DNA of 64,000 bases from an uncultured Bacilli bacterium (GCA_934102355.1 CAKOSO010000001.1:229620-293619); one strand, 5' to 3'; shown: positions 36,066 through 47,511, numbered from the stretch's first letter. Numbers and translations are program-made. Notes: generated from the sequence alone by a model not told the origin.

Positions 36066-37892
36066 TTATTTTCTTACTCTTACCACCGAATTACTAGAAC
36101 TAGCCTCTTCTGCTTCTTCTCCTTGAACCTTAAAAGCATCAATTTTACCAATAGAAGTAAGTGGTAATTTATCATCAAATTTAAATTTTACTGGTTGTTC
36201 ATATTCAGCAAGTTTTTCCTTACATACTTTTTTAATTTTTTCTAAAGCAGAAGCTTGATTGCTTCTATATTGTTCCTTTAACACAATATGTAAAGCTGGA
36301 AGACTTCCTTGTGCTTCACTTCTATCTGGTGTAGCAACAGCAACACAGTTTTCAACTACTTCACATGAGTTAACAGCACTTTCTATTTTAGATGGAAATA
36401 CTTTAAATCCATCTGCTCTAATTATAACTCTCTTAATTCTATCCATTATATATAAAAGACCGTTCTCGTCTATATAACCTATATCACCAGTATGAATCCA
36501 ACCTTCACTATCAATCATATCATTAGTTGCTTTTTCATTTTCATAATAGCCAAGCATAGTATTAGGTCCTTTAATTTCAACTTCACCAGTTAAACCCTTT
36601 CCATATGGAAGTTCTTCACGAGTAGTAGGATCTACTATTCTAACAATTGTATTAGCAAAAGGAATACCTACACTACCAATTGCATTAGTACCATCAACAT
36701 GAGTAGAAACATTTGAAGCAGCAGCATACTCGCTTAATCCATAACCCTTAATGACAGTTGAATCACATCCAGATTTCTTTAAGAACTCATTAACTTTAAC
36801 TTCTAATTCCTTATTCATAGCATCTCCACCAACAATTGGGGATTTTAAGAAGTATAAATCTCCTGGTTTAATCTTTTTATTACCCAGTAAATGGCCATAA
36901 TGAGATGGAACACCAGTTAAATGATTTGGTTTTTCCTTCATTAAATAATCTCCAAATTTTCTAGGATCAAAAGCAGGAACTAAAGTAACTTGCATTCCCA
37001 TAGTAAGTGGAAGATGAAGACCGTTACCAACACCATATGCAATAAATGGAGGCATAATGTTTAACCATTTATCTCCCCTTTTAAAATCAAGTCCACACAA
37101 TTCACATTGTAATGCAGAAGCATTAAGATTAAGGTTAGATAACATAACTCCCTTAGGTGTTCCAGTAGTACCGCCAGTATGAACTATTGCAACAGAAGCA
37201 TTTTCATCATATGGTGCTTTAACAGTGCCTTTACCAATTGCATTTTCTAACAAATCTTTCCATTTATGATATTTTTTAGCTTTAATTAAATTAGAAAAAT
37301 TCTTAATATTATAGGCCTTTTTCATAAATGGTGGCAATGAATCAGCTGCTGATGAAACAATTACATCTTCAACAGTAGAATTATTCTTTATATCTTTAAC
37401 CTTATCAACATATAAATCAATAATAACAAACAACTTAGAATTTGCTTCATTTGCATATTCTTCCATTTCTTTTGCGCTCTTTCTTGGATCAATCATATTA
37501 GCAGTTGCACCAAGCATACTAAGAGCATAAAACATGTAAACTGTATCAGGAGTAGTTGGCATAGATATTGTTACAATATCACCTTTTTTAACTCCCAAAT
37601 TTTGAAATATTTCTGCTGACTTATTTATATTATCAAATAATTCTTTATAAGTTATCAATCTGCCATAATAATTTAAAGCTACTCTATCTAATCTATCTTT
37701 ATTTCTCTCCCATAAATAATCATAAATTGTCATATTAGGCATCATAGCATTCTTTGCTTTTTCACTATGAAACTTCATCCAAGGTTTATCTATTGAAGCT
37801 AACCCTGTTAATTTTTTTTCATTACAATCCAAAACGATCTTTTTTCCTTCTACATTTTCAGGAAAAACATTAATATTTTCGATATTGAACAT
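36066..37892 (-). CDS. AMP-dependent synthetase/ligase (long-chain acyl-CoA synthetase-like)
   Basis: 608 aa with the AMP-binding motifs HTGGTTGTPKGV, GYGLSE, GWIHTGDIG. Confidence 0.75.
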   Translation of the reverse strand: MFNIENINVFPENVEGKKIVLDCNEKKLTGLASIDKPWMKFHSEKAKNAMMPNMTIYDYLWERNKDRLDRVALNYYGRLITYKELFDNINKSAEIFQNLGVKKGDIVTISMPTTPDTVYMFYALSMLGATANMIDPRKSAKEMEEYANEANSKLFVIIDLYVDKVKDIKNNSTVEDVIVSSAADSLPPFMKKAYNIKNFSNLIKAKKYHKWKDLLENAIGKGTVKAPYDENASVAIVHTGGTTGTPKGVMLSNLNLNASALQCELCGLDFKRGDKWLNIMPPFIAYGVGNGLHLPLTMGMQVTLVPAFDPRKFGDYLMKEKPNHLTGVPSHYGHLLGNKKIKPGDLYFLKSPIVGGDAMNKELEVKVNEFLKKSGCDSTVIKGYGLSEYAAASNVSTHVDGTNAIGSVGIPFANTIVRIVDPTTREELPYGKGLTGEVEIKGPNTMLGYYENEKATNDMIDSEGWIHTGDIGYIDENGLLYIMDRIKRVIIRADGFKVFPSKIESAVNSCEVVENCVAVATPDRSEAQGSLPALHIVLKEQYRSNQASALEKIKKVCKEKLAEYEQPVKFKFDDKLPLTSIGKIDAFKVQGEEAEEASSSNSVVRVRK

Positions 37893-38019
37893 AACATCAC
37901 CCCAGAATAATCATACAATTATTTTACATTTTTTGCAAACATTTTTGTAAACTTTACGACAAAAACACATAAAATTTAACAAATTACGCATTTTATACGA
38001 AATCTATATGCAAATATAA

Positions 38020-39111
38020 CTAATTGAAATCATTTTTAATCAAATCAACCAAGTCTTTACATGAATTTTTGTTAATATATTTTTCCTGATTTTTAATCAT
38101 TGAATCCTGTAATTTATAATCATTAAGTAACTTTTTTAAATTAGTAACTATATCATTTTCAGATTCACATTTAATACTCATACCATGACTTTCGAAAAAA
38201 TCAGTATTATATGTTTCAATTCCAGGTATAGGAAAAATATGTAGAAGAGGCTTACGAATAGAAGTAATCTCAGTTGAAGAAAGGCCACCCGGTTTTGATA
38301 AAACAATATCAGAAGAATAAATCAAATCATTAATATTATTAACAAACCCAAAAACCTTAAGCTTAGAATTATTAATTTGATTTAAATTATCATATAACCT
38401 TTTATTATTTCCACAAACCACTAAAACTTTAACATTATCAAATCTTAAAATATCATCTATTATTTTATTAATTTTTCCAAACCCCATGCTACCAAGCATA
38501 ATTAAAATTACTTTTTCATTTTTTATTTTCAATTCATCTCTAATATTTTTTGCACCATATACAAAGCAACTTGAAACTGGTATTCCAGAGTTAAATAAAA
38601 CATCACTAGAAATTCCCTTTTTTATAAATTTATCTTCAAGTCCTTTTTGCATAATAAAATAATTTGGTTTACATTCTTCTAAAAATGGACAAGGTTCATA
38701 ATCAGTAGCAATTGTTATAAAATTAATTTTCTTATGTCTTTTATCTTTATTTATTGCAGTAAGAGTAAGAGATGGAAAAAGATGAGTTGCAATAACTAAA
38801 TCAATTTTATTAGAAATTATATAATTATAAAGAGCTTTTTTATGAAATTTATTAACTAAGTAAACAGGACTTTTAATTTTAGTTTTACTATATAATTCTC
38901 CCAGTTTATAAACATTTTTAAAAACTCCACCATTTCCACCAAGCATAGATAAATATACTTTGGAAGACATCTCTTTCATACCTGTATTAACGATATCGTA
39001 AAAATCACTAAAAACAGCTTCTATATTGTTTTTTTCAAGTTCATTTAAAACATATCTAGCACAAGAATTATGTCCACCACCTGTACTACAAGATAATATT
39101 AATACTTTCAT
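38020..39111 (-). CDS. MGDG-synthase/UgtP-type diacylglycerol glycosyltransferase (GT28)
   Basis: N-terminus MKVLILSCSTGGGHNSCARYV, typical of UgtP/YpfP. Start at the ATG at 39111, preceded by an AGGAAGG RBS. Confidence 0.65.
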   Translation of the reverse strand: MKVLILSCSTGGGHNSCARYVLNELEKNNIEAVFSDFYDIVNTGMKEMSSKVYLSMLGGNGGVFKNVYKLGELYSKTKIKSPVYLVNKFHKKALYNYIISNKIDLVIATHLFPSLTLTAINKDKRHKKINFITIATDYEPCPFLEECKPNYFIMQKGLEDKFIKKGISSDVLFNSGIPVSSCFVYGAKNIRDELKIKNEKVILIMLGSMGFGKINKIIDDILRFDNVKVLVVCGNNKRLYDNLNQINNSKLKVFGFVNNINDLIYSSDIVLSKPGGLSSTEITSIRKPLLHIFPIPGIETYNTDFFESHGMSIKCESENDIVTNLKKLLNDYKLQDSMIKNQEKYINKNSCKDLVDLIKNDFN

Positions 39112-39210
39112 TATCTCATTCCTTCCTACATGTAATATCATAAGTATAACATAGTAAAATCATTATTACAAAAAACGACAAATAAAAAAATCTCTGTTTA
39201 CAAAGATTCT

Positions 39211-39873
39211 TTATTTTTCCACCATATTAGCATAATATTTTTTCAAGAAATCATCTGCATAATACCTATCATATAGTTGTCCTACAAAAGTTTTAGGTGG
39301 ATAACCCCTACGCCTAAAATCTTGTCTAATAAGTGCCGTCCAAGAAATAAACATGTCAAGTGATAAGAATACTAAAAATCCAACATATAACACCTTACGT
39401 AAGTCTGGTTGCATGCGTTCAACAAGTAAAGAAACTTTAGGATATATAAACTTCATAAGTCCAACACAAGCAAGTCCCCAGAAAAACATAATTGGAAGAG
39501 TTGTCCTACCATTTATATTAAGAGGTAAATTACTATAATCCCATGAAGTAGTCCCAACAAACACTTCTTGTAGCAAACTAACTAAATACTCAAAAGATCC
39601 TCCTATTATAGAGCCCTTCAAAAAAATTTTATACCAAGATTGATCTGTATGAGATAATAAATAAACCATTAGCACCGCACCTGCGCCATATATTATATTA
39701 AAAGGTCCATATATTACTCCTCTATGAACATTAAAACTAAAAACACCAGTATCGCCAAGATTTCTAAACCCTTCTAATAAATCTTCATAAATTGCTCCAA
39801 TAACACTACCAATAACAAACAAAAACAAATATTTTTCTCTTACTAAAGATTTTACTTTAACCATTTCTACCAC
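39211..39873 (-). CDS. polytopic membrane protein, PF06541-like (putative ABC-transporter type IV family)
   Basis: 220 aa. FVIGSVIGAIYEDLLEG...GVIYGPFNIIYGAGAV signature, shared with the 47512 gene. Confidence 0.45.
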   Translation of the reverse strand: MVEMVKVKSLVREKYLFLFVIGSVIGAIYEDLLEGFRNLGDTGVFSFNVHRGVIYGPFNIIYGAGAVLMVYLLSHTDQSWYKIFLKGSIIGGSFEYLVSLLQEVFVGTTSWDYSNLPLNINGRTTLPIMFFWGLACVGLMKFIYPKVSLLVERMQPDLRKVLYVGFLVFLSLDMFISWTALIRQDFRRRGYPPKTFVGQLYDRYYADDFLKKYYANMVEK

Positions 39874-39939
39874 CTATCCATAATTAAAGATACTAAGATA
39901 AAACAATTATATTACAAAAAGGAAATATATACTACTATT

Positions 39940-40938
39940 TTAATTTTTTTCCTTAAGCCACTTTATAGTATCTTTAATCGTATCATTCATATCTCTGTTT
40001 TTATACCCCAATTCTTTTTTTGCTTTTTTATTACTAAAATTGGAGTTAGATGACAACGTATACAAAGAATATTTAGTAAATAAAGGTGTTTGCTTTTTAA
40101 AATTATAATACATTTCACAAAAAGGAGACACTAATTTTGCCAGCCAAATTGGTAACACTATCTTAATTCTTTTTAGTCCTTGTAAATCACAAATCATATC
40201 AGTTAACTCCTTAATAGTAATATACTTATTAGACAAAATATAACATTCTCCTTTATTATTTTTTTCACAAGCACTAATAATACCATCTACAACATCTCTA
40301 ACGTCTACAAAATCATATCCTCCTTTTACACAAGCAAAAAGCTTTCCATTAGAAACTTCTTTTATTAATTGCGTTAAATGACTGTTTCCAAAATCATTTG
40401 GGCCAACAATTCCAGAAGGATGAACAATACAAGCATTTAAATTATTATTTTTTATCGCATTCATAACATATTTTGCAGCTTCTGCTTTTGTTTTTGCATA
40501 TAATCCCTTTACTTTGTCTGAATCAAAATTATTAATTTCAGTCATTAATTCATTATTAGGTTTTTCTGTAATAGCATGCACACTACTAACGTAAATAAGT
40601 TTAGCATTTATTTCTAAAACCTTATCCACAATATTTTTAGTACCATTAACATTAACATCATATACTAAAGGATTATATTTTGATTTTATATATACAATTG
40701 CGGCACAATGAATCACAAAAACTTCTTTTCCTTCAGTTTTTTCAAAAATTGAAAACAAACTGTCTTTTTTAGTAACATCTCCATAATAAATTTTGCAATT
40801 TAAGTGTTCTAATGACTTTTTAGATTCACCAGGCAATAAAAATGCTCTTATTTCATTATTTTGATCCTGCTGTAATTTTCTTATAATATTATTCCCTAAA
40901 AATCCATTTGCACCTGTTATTATAAATATTTTTTTCAT
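39940..40938 (-). CDS. NAD(P)-dependent epimerase/dehydratase-family oxidoreductase
   Basis: Rossmann motif ITGANGFLG and YxxxK catalytic region. Start at the ATG at 40938, preceded by a GGAGG RBS. Confidence 0.7.
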   Translation of the reverse strand: MKKIFIITGANGFLGNNIIRKLQQDQNNEIRAFLLPGESKKSLEHLNCKIYYGDVTKKDSLFSIFEKTEGKEVFVIHCAAIVYIKSKYNPLVYDVNVNGTKNIVDKVLEINAKLIYVSSVHAITEKPNNELMTEINNFDSDKVKGLYAKTKAEAAKYVMNAIKNNNLNACIVHPSGIVGPNDFGNSHLTQLIKEVSNGKLFACVKGGYDFVDVRDVVDGIISACEKNNKGECYILSNKYITIKELTDMICDLQGLKRIKIVLPIWLAKLVSPFCEMYYNFKKQTPLFTKYSLYTLSSNSNFSNKKAKKELGYKNRDMNDTIKDTIKWLKEKN

Positions 40939-41161
40939 ACTATTTATACCTCCATCTTTATTATTTATCAAAATCAAAAGCTTAGCGTTTGCAAATTCCA
41001 ATAAAAGAATGACACTAAAATATTATTAGAAAACATAAAAAATATTATCACTGATAAAGCAACAAATATTCTTAATAAATACTAATAAATAACTAAAAAC
41101 AATCATACAATAAACATTTAATCATCTTACTTATAAGTATATCATATCTTTAATATGCTTA

Positions 41162-41192
41162 AAACAAAAAAACTAACCGTTTCTAGTTAGTT
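41162..41192 (-). terminator. terminator downstream of tRNA-Gly
   Basis: AACTAAC-cgtttcta-GTTAGTT hairpin preceded by an A-run (T-run on minus). Confidence 0.5.
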
Positions 41193-41238
41193 AACATTTA
41201 TTACACTCAGAAGTCAAATTCCGAGTTTCCTATCAATT

Positions 41239-41313
41239 TGGAGCAAATGACCGGGATCGAACCGGCATCCCAACCTTGGCAAGGTTGTATACTAACCATT
41301 GTACTACATCTGC
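41239..41313 (-). tRNA. tRNA-Gly (anticodon GCC), CCA encoded
   Basis: Minus-strand read GCAGATGTAGTACAATGGTTAGTATACAACCTTGCCAAGGTTGGGATGCCGGTTCGATCCCGGTCATTTGCTCCA. It has a 7-bp acceptor stem, anticodon stem CAACC/GGTTG with loop TTGCCAA, and a GGTTCGATCC T-loop. Confidence 0.85.
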
Positions 41314-41379
41314 AAATAAATTATATTGTAATATTATCACTTTTAAAAAATAATTGCAATATAATTTAATTCATTTAAA

Positions 41380-42225
41380 TCAAATAATTTTCTTTATACT
41401 TAATGATGCATTATAAATATCATTTTTAGACAAATCACTATTTTCTTTTTTTATTCCACTTATTGCTTCTTTTAAAGAAACATTGTTTTTAACCATATAA
41501 TCAATAAGCATCGCTTCAATAGAAATACTATTTTCCTTATTTTCTTCTACATAATCCTTTTCAATAATAAATGTATATTCACCAAGATTACTATTTTCAA
41601 AAGACTCTAAATCCTTAATTACCCTACTTATATTACCAAAATAATTCTTCTCATGAATCTTTGTTAAATCAGAAGAAACACTTATGTTTACTTCCCCAAA
41701 AGAATCATAAATATATTTTAGAGTTTTTATAATTCTTTTTGGTGACTCATAAAATATATATGTTTTTATATCACTTTTTTTGATATTTTTAATTAAAATC
41801 TCTTTATCTTTATTCTCTCTTGGAAAAAAACCATAAAAAGTAAAACTAGATGAATCAATTCCACTAACAGATAAAGCAGTGATACAAGCAGATATTCCCC
41901 CTACTCCAATAACCTCAATACCATTCTCTTTTGCTTCTTTAACAAGAATATATCCCGGATCAGAAATACAAGGAGAGCCAGCATCGGTAATTATTGCAAC
42001 ATCATTATTTTTTAATATATTTAATACTTCCTTACATCTTTCGTTTTCATTAAATTTATGATAACTCATAAGTTTATTTTTTATATTATAATAATTTAGC
42101 AATTTCAAACTATGTCTTGTATCTTCACAAAGTATTAATTGAACACTTTCAAGAACTTCAAGAGCCCTTTTTGAAATATCTGATAAATTTCCAATTGGAG
42201 TTGCAACCACATATAACTTTTTCAT
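41380..42225 (-). CDS. rsmI: 16S rRNA (cytidine1402-2'-O)-methyltransferase RsmI
   Basis: 281 aa, tetrapyrrole-methylase fold, with the N-terminus LYVVATPIGNLSDIS...LCEDTRHS. Confidence 0.8.
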   Translation of the reverse strand: MKKLYVVATPIGNLSDISKRALEVLESVQLILCEDTRHSLKLLNYYNIKNKLMSYHKFNENERCKEVLNILKNNDVAIITDAGSPCISDPGYILVKEAKENGIEVIGVGGISACITALSVSGIDSSSFTFYGFFPRENKDKEILIKNIKKSDIKTYIFYESPKRIIKTLKYIYDSFGEVNISVSSDLTKIHEKNYFGNISRVIKDLESFENSNLGEYTFIIEKDYVEENKENSISIEAMLIDYMVKNNVSLKEAISGIKKENSDLSKNDIYNASLSIKKII

Positions 42226-42233
42226 AAAATTAT

Positions 42234-44783
42234 CTAACTCTCCTTATTATTTGATTCTACTTCTTTTTTCAAATCATACAAAATATTTAAAGCATCTAAA
42301 GGTGTAATTTCAAGAGGATTTAAATCTTTTAATTTCTTTTCTATCTTATTTTCTTCCTCTTTAAACTCAAAATTTAATGAAGTCTGTTCAAATACTTCTT
42401 TTTTATCTTTATTATTTTCATATAAATTTAATATTTCTTCTGCTCTGGTTATTATTTTTTTAGGTAAATTAACCAAAGAAGCAACATGAATACCATAACT
42501 TTTATCAACTGGGCCATTTTGTATTTTATGTAAAAATGTTATACTTCCATTACTTTCTTTAGCACTAACATGAACATTCTTTAAATTTCTTAAATTCTTA
42601 TCGAGAACTGTTAATTCATGATAATGAGTAGAAAATAATGTTTTAGCCCTTACTTCATCATGAATATATTCCAAAATACTTTGAGCAAGGCTCATTCCAT
42701 CATATGTCGCAGTACCTCTTCCTAACTCATCAAATAAAATCAAACTATTTTGAGTAGCAAATGTAACAGCATTATTAGCTTCCTTCATCTCAACCATAAA
42801 AGTAGATTCACCACTAACCAAATCATCACTTGCACCAATTCTTGTAAATATCTTATCGAAAATAGGAAGTCTTGCTTCTTTACACGGAACAAAAGAACCC
42901 ATCTGAGCCATAATTACTATAATAGCAAGCATTCTCATATAAGTAGATTTACCACTCATATTAGGACCTGTAATAAGCAAGATATTAGTCTTTTCATTCA
43001 TGATAACATCATTTGGAACATACTCACTATCCATAACTTTCTCTACTACTGGATGTCTACCATCTTTAATATAAATATCTCTTTCATCAACAATAGTAGG
43101 TCTTACATAATTATTTTCTTCAGCAACAACAGCTAAAGAAGATAAAACGTCAACCTCGCTAACAACATTAGCGATCTTTTGAATTCTAGAAATATACCCT
43201 CTTACTTCGTCTCTAATATTAATAAATAGTTCGTATTCTAAATTAATACTTTTCTCTTCAGCATTTAAAATTAAATCTTCTTTTTCTTTAAGTTCATTAG
43301 TTATATATCTTTCACCATTTGCTAAAGTTTGTTTTCTCATATACCCAAATTCATCTTTAACATCTTTGATATTTCCCTTAGAAACCTCAATATAATAACC
43401 AAATACTTTATTAAATCCAACTCTTAAATTCTTTATACCTGTTCTTTCTTTTTCTCTTTTTTCAAGTTCTAATATAAAATCTTTTCCACCGCTAGATAAA
43501 CTCCTTAAATTATCAAGATCTTCATTATAACCTTTTTTAATTATTCCGCCTTCTTTAATAGTAATTGGTGCATCATCATTTATTGACCTATCAAGCAATG
43601 AATAAAGTTCATCTAATGTTTCAATTTGTTTATCATACTTTATTTCTTTAAGTATCCTAGATATTTCTGGCAAAACAGACAAACTATTTTTAAGTTGTAA
43701 TAAATCTCTTGCATTTAAATTACCATAACTTATTCTTCCAGATAATCTTTCCAAATCATAAACATTATTTAAAGCATCTCTTAATTCTTCTTTTAAAATA
43801 AATTCAGTAAGAAAATTAGAAATAATATCATAACGCCTTTCTATTTCTTTCTTTTCTATTAAAGGATTCTCTATATAATGCTTTAAAAGTCTTGCACCCA
43901 TTGCAGTTTTAGTTTTATCTAAAAGCCATAAAAGTGAATAAGTTCTCTCTTTAAGCCTTAATGTTTCAACAAGTTCCAAATTTCTTTTAGAATATACATC
44001 AAGTTCTAAAACTTTTCTTTTATCTATTACTTCCCCTTCTTTAATATGAGATAAGTTTCCCTTTTTAGTATCATTTAGATAATATAATAAATGTTTAAGA
44101 GAAGTAGCAATTCTAAGATCACTAATATTTTTATAAACATATTGATAACTTTTATCCTCTAACAAACCATCACTTATCGTAATAAGAACACCATAATTTT
44201 TTCTTAAAATTTCAATAATTTTTCTATCTATTATATTGTTTACTATTAATTCCCTAATATTTAATCTTATTACTTCATTTATTAATTTATCTTCATTAAA
44301 ATCAATTAACTCAGTATAAATATCCCCAGTAGAAATATCAGCATAACTAAGTGCATAACAATGATTAAAATCATATATACTACCAATATAATTATTATCT
44401 TTTTCATTCAAAGAAGAAGCATCCATTACAGTTCCTTTTGTAATAATTTGAATAACTCCTCTTTCAACAACGCCTTTTTTATCCGGAGGAGTTAACTGTT
44501 CACAAATTGCAACTTTATATCCATTATTAACAAGTTTTTCAGCATAAGGTAAATACGCATGGAAAGGCACACCACACATAGGAACTCTTTCTTCTAAAGA
44601 ACAACTTTTTCCTGTTAAAGTCAATTCTAAAAGATTAGATGCAGTAAGTGCATCTTCAAAAAACATTTCATAAAAATCCCCAACTCTATAAAAAACTATT
44701 GTATCTTCATATTTATCTTTAATTTCCATATATTGTCTCATCATTGGAGACAACTTATCTCTTAAAACTTCGCTGCGTTTCAT
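42234..44783 (-). CDS. mutS: DNA mismatch repair protein MutS
   Basis: 849 aa. N-terminal TPMMRQYxEIK, GPNMSGKSTYMR Walker A, and full MutS domain order. Confidence 0.9.
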   Translation of the reverse strand: MKRSEVLRDKLSPMMRQYMEIKDKYEDTIVFYRVGDFYEMFFEDALTASNLLELTLTGKSCSLEERVPMCGVPFHAYLPYAEKLVNNGYKVAICEQLTPPDKKGVVERGVIQIITKGTVMDASSLNEKDNNYIGSIYDFNHCYALSYADISTGDIYTELIDFNEDKLINEVIRLNIRELIVNNIIDRKIIEILRKNYGVLITISDGLLEDKSYQYVYKNISDLRIATSLKHLLYYLNDTKKGNLSHIKEGEVIDKRKVLELDVYSKRNLELVETLRLKERTYSLLWLLDKTKTAMGARLLKHYIENPLIEKKEIERRYDIISNFLTEFILKEELRDALNNVYDLERLSGRISYGNLNARDLLQLKNSLSVLPEISRILKEIKYDKQIETLDELYSLLDRSINDDAPITIKEGGIIKKGYNEDLDNLRSLSSGGKDFILELEKREKERTGIKNLRVGFNKVFGYYIEVSKGNIKDVKDEFGYMRKQTLANGERYITNELKEKEDLILNAEEKSINLEYELFINIRDEVRGYISRIQKIANVVSEVDVLSSLAVVAEENNYVRPTIVDERDIYIKDGRHPVVEKVMDSEYVPNDVIMNEKTNILLITGPNMSGKSTYMRMLAIIVIMAQMGSFVPCKEARLPIFDKIFTRIGASDDLVSGESTFMVEMKEANNAVTFATQNSLILFDELGRGTATYDGMSLAQSILEYIHDEVRAKTLFSTHYHELTVLDKNLRNLKNVHVSAKESNGSITFLHKIQNGPVDKSYGIHVASLVNLPKKIITRAEEILNLYENNKDKKEVFEQTSLNFEFKEEENKIEKKLKDLNPLEITPLDALNILYDLKKEVESNNKES

Positions 44784-44850
44784 ACTACCACCTAAAAAAT
44801 ATTATACAAAAAAAGGATCAAAAAAGCTATTTTTTTAACCCTTTATTTTA

Positions 44851-47442
44851 CTATTTTAAAATATCATCTATCTTACGCAATTCATCATCTATTTCTAATA
44901 ATGATATTTGATGAGGCTTTTCTATTATTTCTGGTTTTTTAACCTCTTCAGTAACTACTTTTTCTTCCTTTGCTGTTACTGTTTTTTCATCTAAAACTTC
45001 TTTATCATCTTTTTTATCTTCTTTATCATTAATAACAGAACCATCAGTTAAACCAACTTTTAAGAATATTGATACAACATCCTTTTTAGAAATAGTCATT
45101 CCTGTTTTATATCTATCTGAAATTGATATCTCCGTATTTTTAATATAATCAATATCAGAAGAAGTCTTAATTCCAAAATAAGAATTATTCTTAGTTAAGA
45201 TAACATTTATTATTTCATACGGATTAGTCTTAACATCCCTTAATAACAATAAACCACGTTTAGCTCTAGATTGCTTTTCAAATTCTTGAATCTTAACCCT
45301 TTTAGCAGTATTCTTATTTGTAAAAATAGTAACATACTCTATATCATTATCAAAATTATTAACTGCTACTACTTCATCACCCTTTAAATTAATAGATTTT
45401 ACCCCAGATGATTTTATACCTGATTCTGGTATATCTGACTGATCAAACCATAAACCATAACACTTATTAGTAGCTATGAATATATTATCATAATTATTTA
45501 TAAATGCTCCAACTACTTCATCACCATCTTTTAATTTCATACAAGATATTGGTTTTGAATAACGACTAACTTTAAAATCACTAACTTTAGTCTTTTTAAT
45601 CATTCCACCCTTAGATGCAATAATTATTGATCTATCAACATTAAAATCATTTATAGGTATTGCAGCAACTATCTTCTCATCTTCACCTATTTTAATTATA
45701 TTACTTATATGTTTTCCAAGTTGTTTCCATTTAATATCAGGTATTTCATAAACAGGTAAATACAAATAATTACCAAGATTAGTAAATATTAACATTGTAT
45801 CAATAGTATTTTGTTTAAACAATCCAAGTAAATAGTCATTTTCTTTTATAACAGGTTCTTCATTATTAGCAAGATATGCCCTTTTACTAGTTCTTTTTAC
45901 ATATCCATCTTTTGTTATTAAAGTAACAACATCTTCTCTTGGTATCATTTCTTCAGTATCAATTTTAATCTCTGCATCCATATCAAATATAGCAGTTTTT
46001 CTTGGAACATCATAATCTTTCTTGATATTTTTAAGTTCATCTTTCATTGTCTTATGAAGTTCATCTTCATCATTTAATATCTTATTTAACTGAGCAATAA
46101 TAAACTCTAGATTCTTTAACTCTTCTTGAAGTAAAGTAACATCAGTATTAGTTAAACGATATAATTGTAAAGTAACAATTGCATCTGCCTGTTCCATAGT
46201 AAATTGATACTCTTTAACTAAATTTTCCTTAGCATCACTCTTATTTTTACTTCTTCTAATTGTTTTTATAACATCATCCAATATTGATATAGCTTTAATT
46301 AATCCTTCAACTATATGATATCTAGATGAAGCATGTGCCAAATCAAACTGAGTTCTTTTTATAATTATTTCTTTATAATGTGCAATATAAGCGTCAATTA
46401 TTTCAATCAAAGATAAAAGTTTAGGTCTTCTATTTACTATCGCAACCATATTATAATTATATGCTGATTGTAATTCTGTATTTTTATATAAATAATTTAA
46501 TATTAAATCTTCCTTTGCTTCTTTCTTTAATTCAACTACTATTCTTAATCCTTCTTTATCAGATTCATCCCTTACTTCAATAATTCCATCTATCTTTTTA
46601 TCTATTCTTATTTCATCTATTTTTTTAACAATATTTGTTTTTAATACATCAAAAGGAATTTCAGTAACTACTATTAAAGTTTTATTCTTTTCTTTTACAA
46701 TTTCAACTTTAGAACGAACAACTACTTTACCCTTTCCAGTAGTAAGAGCATTTCTTATGTCTTGATGATTTAACGCAATACCACCAGTAGGAAAATCAGG
46801 ACCTTTTACAATGTCCAAAATAGTATCAAGATGACAATTTGGAGAATCAATTCTTTTAATTGTTGCATCTATTATTTCTCCTAAATTATGAGGAGGTATA
46901 TTAGTAGCATAACCAGCACTAATTCCAGTAGTACCATTAACTAAAAGATTAGGAAACTTAGCAGGTAAAACTGTCGGTTCCCAAATACTATCATCAAAAT
47001 TTAAAGCAAATTTTACAGTATCTTTATCTATTTCTTTTAATAATTCATTAGATATTTTAGAAAGTCTAGCTTCAGTATAACGATATGCAGCTGGACTATC
47101 ACCATCTATTGAACCATTATTACCATGCATATCTATAAGAGGATTTTTCATCTTCCATTCTTGAGACATACGAACCATCGCATCATATATTGATGTATCT
47201 CCATGTGGATGGAAAGAACCAATTACATCCCCTACTGTCTTAGCGCTCTTACGATAAGGTTTATCACAAGTATTATGGCCAATATACATTGCATACAAAA
47301 TTCTTCTTTGAACAGGTTTCAATCCATCCCTAACATCAGGAATAGCACGATCTTGAATAATATATTTTGAATATTTTCCAAACCTTTCACCCATGATTTC
47401 TTCCAATGAATAGTTGCTAATTTTTTCTAATATGTCTTTCAT
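44851..47442 (-). CDS. parC: type IIA topoisomerase subunit A (ParC-like; GyrA not excluded)
   Basis: 863 aa. Active-site region RAIPDVRDGLKPVQRR and catalytic Tyr context. No gyrB adjacent. Confidence 0.7.
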   Translation of the reverse strand: MKDILEKISNYSLEEIMGERFGKYSKYIIQDRAIPDVRDGLKPVQRRILYAMYIGHNTCDKPYRKSAKTVGDVIGSFHPHGDTSIYDAMVRMSQEWKMKNPLIDMHGNNGSIDGDSPAAYRYTEARLSKISNELLKEIDKDTVKFALNFDDSIWEPTVLPAKFPNLLVNGTTGISAGYATNIPPHNLGEIIDATIKRIDSPNCHLDTILDIVKGPDFPTGGIALNHQDIRNALTTGKGKVVVRSKVEIVKEKNKTLIVVTEIPFDVLKTNIVKKIDEIRIDKKIDGIIEVRDESDKEGLRIVVELKKEAKEDLILNYLYKNTELQSAYNYNMVAIVNRRPKLLSLIEIIDAYIAHYKEIIIKRTQFDLAHASSRYHIVEGLIKAISILDDVIKTIRRSKNKSDAKENLVKEYQFTMEQADAIVTLQLYRLTNTDVTLLQEELKNLEFIIAQLNKILNDEDELHKTMKDELKNIKKDYDVPRKTAIFDMDAEIKIDTEEMIPREDVVTLITKDGYVKRTSKRAYLANNEEPVIKENDYLLGLFKQNTIDTMLIFTNLGNYLYLPVYEIPDIKWKQLGKHISNIIKIGEDEKIVAAIPINDFNVDRSIIIASKGGMIKKTKVSDFKVSRYSKPISCMKLKDGDEVVGAFINNYDNIFIATNKCYGLWFDQSDIPESGIKSSGVKSINLKGDEVVAVNNFDNDIEYVTIFTNKNTAKRVKIQEFEKQSRAKRGLLLLRDVKTNPYEIINVILTKNNSYFGIKTSSDIDYIKNTEISISDRYKTGMTISKKDVVSIFLKVGLTDGSVINDKEDKKDDKEVLDEKTVTAKEEKVVTEEVKKPEIIEKPHQISLLEIDDELRKIDDILK

Positions 47443-47511
47443 ATCATCACCACTTCAATTATATAATATTTCTAATTATTTTTCTATTTCAAATGACAAA
47501 TAATGTAAAGT

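Noticed and set aside
37893-38019. Repeated GCAAAC/GTAAAC and TTACG elements upstream of the acyl-CoA synthetase gene, as a FapR/FadR operator
   Set aside because: They do not match the FapR or FadR consensus sequences I know. Could be chance in AT-rich DNA.
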